A DNA stretch of 64,000 nt, from contig JACQOF010000146.1 of the NCBI GenBank assembly GCA_016202645.1, positions 620 to 64,619 on the forward strand. Direction: 5' to 3'. The notes under the pieces were generated by a model that worked only from the letters and a program-made list of their open reading frames with translations, did not search any database and was not told the DNA's origin. A program made the position numbers and the translations under genes. Positions within the stretch are counted from its first letter, which is position 1. Every line of letters begins with the position of its first letter. Shown here piece after piece: positions 59,319 through 64,000 of this stretch. This DNA is from a bacterium (GTDB lineage Bacteria > Lindowbacteria > 2-12-FULL-62-27).

Positions 59319-59445
59319 TGAGGTCGAGCATCCAGAGGATGTTCTTGCAAGCCGCGGATGACGCGTCCATCTGCCCCAGCCCCGCGCCGGCGAGAAGTCC
59401 CACCAGCATCCCGACGAAAATCAGGTTTCGGAGATCAAATCGCAT
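59311..59445 (-). CDS. Possible 44-aa single-TM micro-protein overlapping the prfC start
   Basis: My own translation, because the ORF is below the track's length cut-off: MRFDLRNLIFVGMLVGLLAGAGLGQMDASSAACKNILWMLDLNG*. Its TGA overlaps the prfC ATG (ATGGATGA). The Shine-Dalgarno sequence is weak. No homology evidence. Confidence 0.25.
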   Translation of the reverse strand: MRFDLRNLIFVGMLVGLLAGAGLGQMDASSAACKNILWMLDLNG

Positions 59446-59460
59446 TTAGACTCTTCTAAC
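59446..59460. promoter_or_regulatory. Palindrome TTAGA-ctct-TCTAAC (second copy of the motif seen at 34861-34876)
   Basis: Read directly. It abuts the start codon of the micro-ORF/prfC unit and lies ~55 nt from the predicted divergent promoter. Confidence 0.35.
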
Positions 59461-59514
59461 AAACACGGCCGGGATGCGCCAGCGCGGACACCCGTTTTTT
59501 GGGGGCGTCAAATG

Positions 59515-59543
59515 TTGAAATTATACGGCGCCTTGTATAGAAT
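59515..59543 (+). promoter_or_regulatory. Sigma70-like promoter TTGAAA-17-TAGAAT upstream of the BI-1-like gene
   Basis: TTGAAA at 59515-59520 and TAGAAT at 59538-59543, followed by AAGGAG ~11 nt before ATG 59581. Confidence 0.35.
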
Positions 59544-59580
59544 GAAGGCAGACTTTTACAACAAAGGAGCGTGTTGAACC

Positions 59581-60354
59581 ATGATGAGATCGGCCAATCC
59601 GGCGCTGAATGCCGGGACGTTTCAGGGATTGCCGCGGACGGCGGGAATGCAGGATGCCATGACCATTCAGGGTGCCGTCAACAAGACGGGTCTGATGTTG
59701 ATCCTGTTGATTCTCACGGCGTCTTATACGTGGGGCCAGTTTTTCAGGCTCATGGACATGGGCGATCCGGCGGGCGTATCGGCGCTGATGCCGCTCTTTT
59801 TGGGCGGCATGATCGGCGGCCTGATCGCGGCGCTGGTGACGATGTTCAAGAAAACGTGGTCGCCCATCACGGCGCCGATCTACGCGCTCTGCCAGGGCCT
59901 GTTTCTTGGAGGTCTTTCGGCGATGTTCGAAGCGCGATATCCGGGTATCGTCATTCAGGCGGTGGCCCTCACGTTCGGCACCCTCTTTGCGCTTCTCATG
60001 GCGTACAAATCCGGGGCGATTCGGCCGAATGAAAATTTCAAGCTGGGCCTCGCGGCGGCTACCGGCGGAATTTTCCTTGTATATATGGCCAACCTGATTT
60101 TCAGCTTCTTCAGCCCGGGCGGATTCGGCTTCATGCACCAGCCGAGCCTCTTCGGCATCGGCTTCAGCCTCTTTGTCGTGATCATCGCGGCGCTCAACCT
60201 CGTGCTCGATTTCGATTTCATCGAGCACGGCGCCGAGGCGGGCGCCCCGCGATACATGGAATGGTTCGCGGCCTTCGGGCTCATGGTCACGCTCATCTGG
60301 CTCTACATCGAATTTCTGAGGCTCCTGGCCAAACTGAACGACCGGCGAAGTTAG
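59581..60354 (+). CDS. Bax-inhibitor-1/YccA-like integral membrane protein
   Basis: 'MMRSANPALNAGTF...MTIQGAVNKTGLMLILL' plus ~7 TM segments. Confidence 0.75.
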   Translation: MMRSANPALNAGTFQGLPRTAGMQDAMTIQGAVNKTGLMLILLILTASYTWGQFFRLMDMGDPAGVSALMPLFLGGMIGGLIAALVTMFKKTWSPITAPIYALCQGLFLGGLSAMFEARYPGIVIQAVALTFGTLFALLMAYKSGAIRPNENFKLGLAAATGGIFLVYMANLIFSFFSPGGFGFMHQPSLFGIGFSLFVVIIAALNLVLDFDFIEHGAEAGAPRYMEWFAAFGLMVTLIWLYIEFLRLLAKLNDRRS

Positions 60355-61544
60355 CGGCGGGCGGCCATCTCCAGAACTTTTTCCACGCCCGAGATCGTGT
60401 CCGACACGTCCCGCGGGGTCATGGAGGGGTAGACAGGGAGGCTGATTTCAGAAAGGCCGAGCGTTTCGGCGTTCGGGTAATCGCCCTTTCGAAGGCGGAG
60501 GATTTTCCGGTAATGGGAGAATAGGTGAACGGGCGTAAAGTGCACGCCGCAGCCGATGTTTTCCGCCGAGAGCGCCGCGAGGAATTCGTCCCGGGTTTTG
60601 TTCAGGCGCGCCAGATTCAAAAAAATCGGAAAAAAATGATAGGCGTTCGTTCCGGGCCCGTAAGAGAGCGTCCGGACCAGCGGGTGCCCCGCGAAATACT
60701 TCTCATATCGCCGGACCACGGCTTGGCGGCGTTTCCAGAAGACCCGCACTTTCTTGAGCTGTTCCCGCGCGATGGCCGCCTGAAGGTCCGTCAGGTTGTA
60801 CTTGAATCCCATCTCCGGCACGTCGTACCCGCCCGAGACTTTCGAGCCATACCGCTTCCACGCGTCCTTGCTCATGCCGTGCAGGCGCATCATCCGGAGT
60901 TTCCCGGCCAGCTTTGAATCTTGGAGCGTGATCATGCCGCCTTCAGCGCAGGTCAGATTTTTTGTGGCGTAGAAACTGAAACAGGTGTAATCCCCGATCC
61001 GCCCGACTTTCCGCCGTCCGGACCAAGTCTCGACCGCATGCGCGGCGTCCTCGATCACGGTCAGGCGCCGGCGGCGGGCAATCCGCATCAGGGCGTCCAT
61101 CGGCGCCGGATAGCCGGCGTAATGCACCGGCACGATCGCGCAGGTCTTCCGGTTCACCCGACGCGCGACGTCTTCCGGATCGATCTGGCCGGTCCGGAGA
61201 TCAACGTCGGCGAACACCACCCGCGCGCCCGTATAGAGAATTGCCTCGGCCGTCGCGACAAACGTCAGCGGCGTCGTGATAACCTCCCGGCCGCGCTGCG
61301 CCCCGGCCAGAACGAGCGCCAGGTGAAGCGCCGCCGTGCAGGAACTGACCGCGACGCCTTCGCGCGCGCCGACGTAAGCCGCGAACTCCTTTTCAAACGC
61401 GTGCGACTCCCGGCCCGTCGAGATCCACCCGCTCCGAAGCACCCGGACGGCCGCGCGCTCCTCCGCCGAATTCATGCAGGGCTTGCCGAACACGAGAAAC
61501 TTTTTTCGGACGGGCTTCCCGCCGTCGATCGCGAGTTTGGCCAT
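60351..61544 (-). CDS. DegT/DnrJ/EryC1/StrS-family PLP-dependent aminotransferase
   Basis: 'AVRVLRSGWIS', 'VPVHYAGYPAPMD', 'VIEDAAHAVE', 'FSFYATKNLTCAEGGMI'. Confidence 0.9.
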   Translation of the reverse strand: MAKLAIDGGKPVRKKFLVFGKPCMNSAEERAAVRVLRSGWISTGRESHAFEKEFAAYVGAREGVAVSSCTAALHLALVLAGAQRGREVITTPLTFVATAEAILYTGARVVFADVDLRTGQIDPEDVARRVNRKTCAIVPVHYAGYPAPMDALMRIARRRRLTVIEDAAHAVETWSGRRKVGRIGDYTCFSFYATKNLTCAEGGMITLQDSKLAGKLRMMRLHGMSKDAWKRYGSKVSGGYDVPEMGFKYNLTDLQAAIAREQLKKVRVFWKRRQAVVRRYEKYFAGHPLVRTLSYGPGTNAYHFFPIFLNLARLNKTRDEFLAALSAENIGCGVHFTPVHLFSHYRKILRLRKGDYPNAETLGLSEISLPVYPSMTPRDVSDTISGVEKVLEMAARR

Positions 61545-61697
61545 GCCCGCGACTCTAATCTATCCCCGGGGCAACTTCAATGGTCGGCGGGGTCTTGCCA
61601 TCCCCCGGCGGATTTGGTCAGATGCTTGGCATGGACGAACAACCGGACATCAGCATCATGCTGTCGATCTGTGGAGGCTCTGGCGCGGGAAAAACGG

Positions 61698-63029
61698 ATG
61701 ACGGCTGAACTGCCGCCGCCGGCGCTGATTGTTCCGTTTGTCCTGCTGTTGGGGCTCATCGCCATGGGCCCGCTTTTTTTTCCCAAGGTCTGGCATTCGT
61801 TCTATCCGGCGATCTCCCTGGTCCTCGGGGTATCGGTCGCGGGGTACTACCTCGGGATTCTCCACGACGCCCACCGGGTCGTCCACGCGATGTCGGAATA
61901 CGTTTCCTTCATCGCGCTCCTGACGGCGCTTTTTTTCGCCGCTGGCGGGATTTTCATCAAAGTGAACGCGAAGGGAACCGCGGTCGAAAACGTCATCTTC
62001 CTGCTCATCGGGGGGATCCTGGCCAATTTTATCGGCACGACGGGCGCTTCGATGCTTCTCATCCACCCGTACATCCGTCTCAACAAAGGCCACATCCGGC
62101 CGTATCACATCGTGTTTTTCATTTTTGTGGTGAGCAATGTCGGCGGCTGTCTAAAACCCATCGGGGATCCGCCGCTGTTTTTGGGATTTCTCAAAGGTGT
62201 TCCGTTTTTTTGGACGTTCCACAGCCTGTTTTTTCACTGGCTCGTGGCCATGACCCTCATTCTCGCCGTGTTCTACGTCATCGACAAGCGGGACGAGAAG
62301 ACGCGGGAATGGGCCATCAGTTTTCCGGAGCGGTTTGAGATTCTCGGCGCGCGAAATTTTGTGTGGCTGGCCGTCACGAATGTCTCGGTGTTTCTCGATC
62401 CCAATCTGTTCGAGTGGGTGCCGTCGATCGATTATCATGGAAGCAAGATCTCGTTTCTCCGGGAGGCCATCATGTTCGGCGCGGCGGCGGCGGCCTACCG
62501 GACGGCAAACCGCGAAGCGCTGGAGGGCAACGAGTTTTCCTTTGAGCCGATCCGGGAAGTGGCCTGGCTGTTTATCGGGATATTTCTCACCATGATCCCC
62601 GCTCTGCAGTGGGTGTCCCACTACGCGGGTCTGAGGGGAGACATCCTCACGGTCCATGCCTTTTACTGGGGTACGGGGATTTTGTCGAGCATCCTGGACA
62701 ACGCGCCAACCTATCTCAATTTCCTGGCGGCGGGACTCGGCAAAGCGGGACTTTCCATCGAATCGATCGCGGACGTCCGGAAATTCGCCGCGGGCGCGCC
62801 GATGGGCGCGTCGGAATCCACGACGACGTATTTGATCGCGATCTCGGTCGCGTCCGTGTTCTTCGGCGCCATGAGCTACATCGGAAACGGACCGAACTTC
62901 ATGGTGAAATCGATCGCCCAGCACATGGGCATTCACATGCCGAGTTTCCTGGGCTACGTCGGCCGGTATTCCCTCCCGGTGCTCCTGCCGATTCTCACCA
63001 TCGTCTGGGCGGTGTTTTTCCTCAGATAA
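61698..63029 (+). CDS. Polytopic ion transporter (sodium:proton antiporter / ArsB-NhaD-permease-like)
   Basis: Start set at ATG 61698 (MTAELPPPALIVPFVLLLG...). The tracked 60921-61697 extension is antisense to the DegT gene. About 11 hydrophobic segments. 'GTTGASMLLIHP' and 'GDPPLFLGFLKGVPFFW'. Confidence 0.65.
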   Translation: MTAELPPPALIVPFVLLLGLIAMGPLFFPKVWHSFYPAISLVLGVSVAGYYLGILHDAHRVVHAMSEYVSFIALLTALFFAAGGIFIKVNAKGTAVENVIFLLIGGILANFIGTTGASMLLIHPYIRLNKGHIRPYHIVFFIFVVSNVGGCLKPIGDPPLFLGFLKGVPFFWTFHSLFFHWLVAMTLILAVFYVIDKRDEKTREWAISFPERFEILGARNFVWLAVTNVSVFLDPNLFEWVPSIDYHGSKISFLREAIMFGAAAAAYRTANREALEGNEFSFEPIREVAWLFIGIFLTMIPALQWVSHYAGLRGDILTVHAFYWGTGILSSILDNAPTYLNFLAAGLGKAGLSIESIADVRKFAAGAPMGASESTTTYLIAISVASVFFGAMSYIGNGPNFMVKSIAQHMGIHMPSFLGYVGRYSLPVLLPILTIVWAVFFLR

Positions 63030-63085
63030 GACCGGCGCCTGGGGCGCGGGAGGCATGACATCATACAACCAAGGGAGGTGCTGAC

Positions 63086-63988
63086 GTGACGGATGTGGCG
63101 GTTTTGGGAGGAACGGGATTTATCGGCCGTGAGGTCGTTCGGGAACTTCTGTCGGCGGGGAAATCCGTGCGGATCGTTACGCGACAGGTTGACCGCGCGC
63201 GGGCGTCCGCCGGTGATGTGGAACTCAGGGAAGGCGACGTGCGGAGGCCTGATGGGTTGACCGCCGCGTACTCAGGTTGCTCGACAGTGATCCACTGCGT
63301 CCAGTTTCCGAACCATCCATTTGAAAATCCCCGGAAGGGGTATACCTATATGAAGATCGACGGCGAGGGTACCGCCGGTTCTGTCCTGGCGGCCAAACAG
63401 GCCGGGGCGAAACGGTTTGTCTACGTCAGTGGCGCGGGCGTGGACGGGCCGAGCTTGGAAACATGGTTTCAGGCCAAGCGTCTTGCCGAGAAGGCGGTGA
63501 GAGAAAGCGGCATGGAATTTACCATCGTGCGCCCTTCCTGGATCTGCGGCGAGCACGACCGGTCCCTCAATAAGTTCGTCCTCTTCGCGAAGTTTCTCCC
63601 CTTCATCCCCATGATCGGCCCGTGCGACCGGCAGAAGGTGTCGCCGGTGTTTGTGAAGGATGTGGCGCGGGTGCTGGCGCTGTGTGTCGACAATCCAAGG
63701 GTTGTGAATCAAACATTTGAACTGGGAGGTCCGGAGGTTCTGACGATGAACGAGATCGTTCAGACGATGCTGGAAGTCCTCGGCAAACGCCGGATCCTCA
63801 TTCCCCATCCGGTTGCGTTCATGAAAGTCGTGGCGTTTTTTCTGCAGGTTCTGCCCACGCCGCCTCTCACCCCCAGGGGGATTGATTTTGTCTGCATGGA
63901 CGGCGTGGTGGATTTAAAACCGTTTTATAAATTATTCCCGGATTTCCGGCTGACCCCCCTCAAGGAAGCCCTGCGCTCATATTTGTAG
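63086..63988 (+). CDS. NAD(P)-binding SDR-family protein (NmrA / NDUFA9-like)
   Basis: Rossmann motif 'VAVLGGTGFIGREVVRELL'. 'FVYVSGAG' and 'FTIVRPSWI'. Confidence 0.8.
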   Translation: MTDVAVLGGTGFIGREVVRELLSAGKSVRIVTRQVDRARASAGDVELREGDVRRPDGLTAAYSGCSTVIHCVQFPNHPFENPRKGYTYMKIDGEGTAGSVLAAKQAGAKRFVYVSGAGVDGPSLETWFQAKRLAEKAVRESGMEFTIVRPSWICGEHDRSLNKFVLFAKFLPFIPMIGPCDRQKVSPVFVKDVARVLALCVDNPRVVNQTFELGGPEVLTMNEIVQTMLEVLGKRRILIPHPVAFMKVVAFFLQVLPTPPLTPRGIDFVCMDGVVDLKPFYKLFPDFRLTPLKEALRSYL

Positions 63989-64000
63989 GGCGGCGCCTAC

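Overview
High-GC chromosomal fragment that looks like it comes from an uncultivated diderm (outer-membrane-bearing) bacterium. I support about 60 protein-coding genes. I recognised no rRNA, tRNA, CRISPR array, integrase or transposase. Housekeeping blocks: rny-ymdB-spoVS-folD-xseA-xseB-ispA (18.7-24.8 kb); tlyA-like/mgtE/nadK (25.9-28.7 kb); bolA-grx4-acyl-CoA dehydrogenase (35.2-37.8 kb); moaB and a ferredoxin (38.5-39.5 kb); yqgE-thiI-cysC-cysH (49.3-52.4 kb); prfC, a BI-1-like protein, a DegT aminotransferase, an antiporter and an SDR (57.7-64 kb). Envelope and accessory content: (1) a giant repeat surface protein with a T9SS-type C-terminal domain, start/stop-overlapped with a PorV-like barrel (2-7029); (2) a Pal-like / 1584-aa TPR / small protein / TonB_C operon (7038-13989); (3) a six-gene minus-strand block, porin / FMN-binding-ApbE fusion / His-rich 4-TM protein / DtxR-family regulator / FeoA / FeoB, with palindromes upstream (28.7-34.9 kb), which I consider the best candidate for an undescribed system (a periplasmic flavin-dependent ferric-reduction and Fe2+-uptake module); (4) a four-gene overlapping envelope operon, 1131-aa secreted protein / beta-barrel / small protein / FecR-domain protein (39.7-46.3 kb); in (4) the barrel's signal-peptide region is built from an octamer tract that could phase-vary; (5) a GT20 / unknown / TreT-like glycosyltransferase cluster next to an MscS channel; (6) two toxin-antitoxin pairs (AbiE-like, HigBA-like) and an ORF6N relic. 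The intergenic DNA is full of small structured repeats: three palindromic interspersed families (A, B, C) and several 7-8-bp tandem arrays. Two of the palindromic elements sit in-frame inside one coding region. At least two genes (folD, GH13) appear to need a CTG start or stop-codon bypass. All functional calls come from motif recognition by eye. No database search was run.
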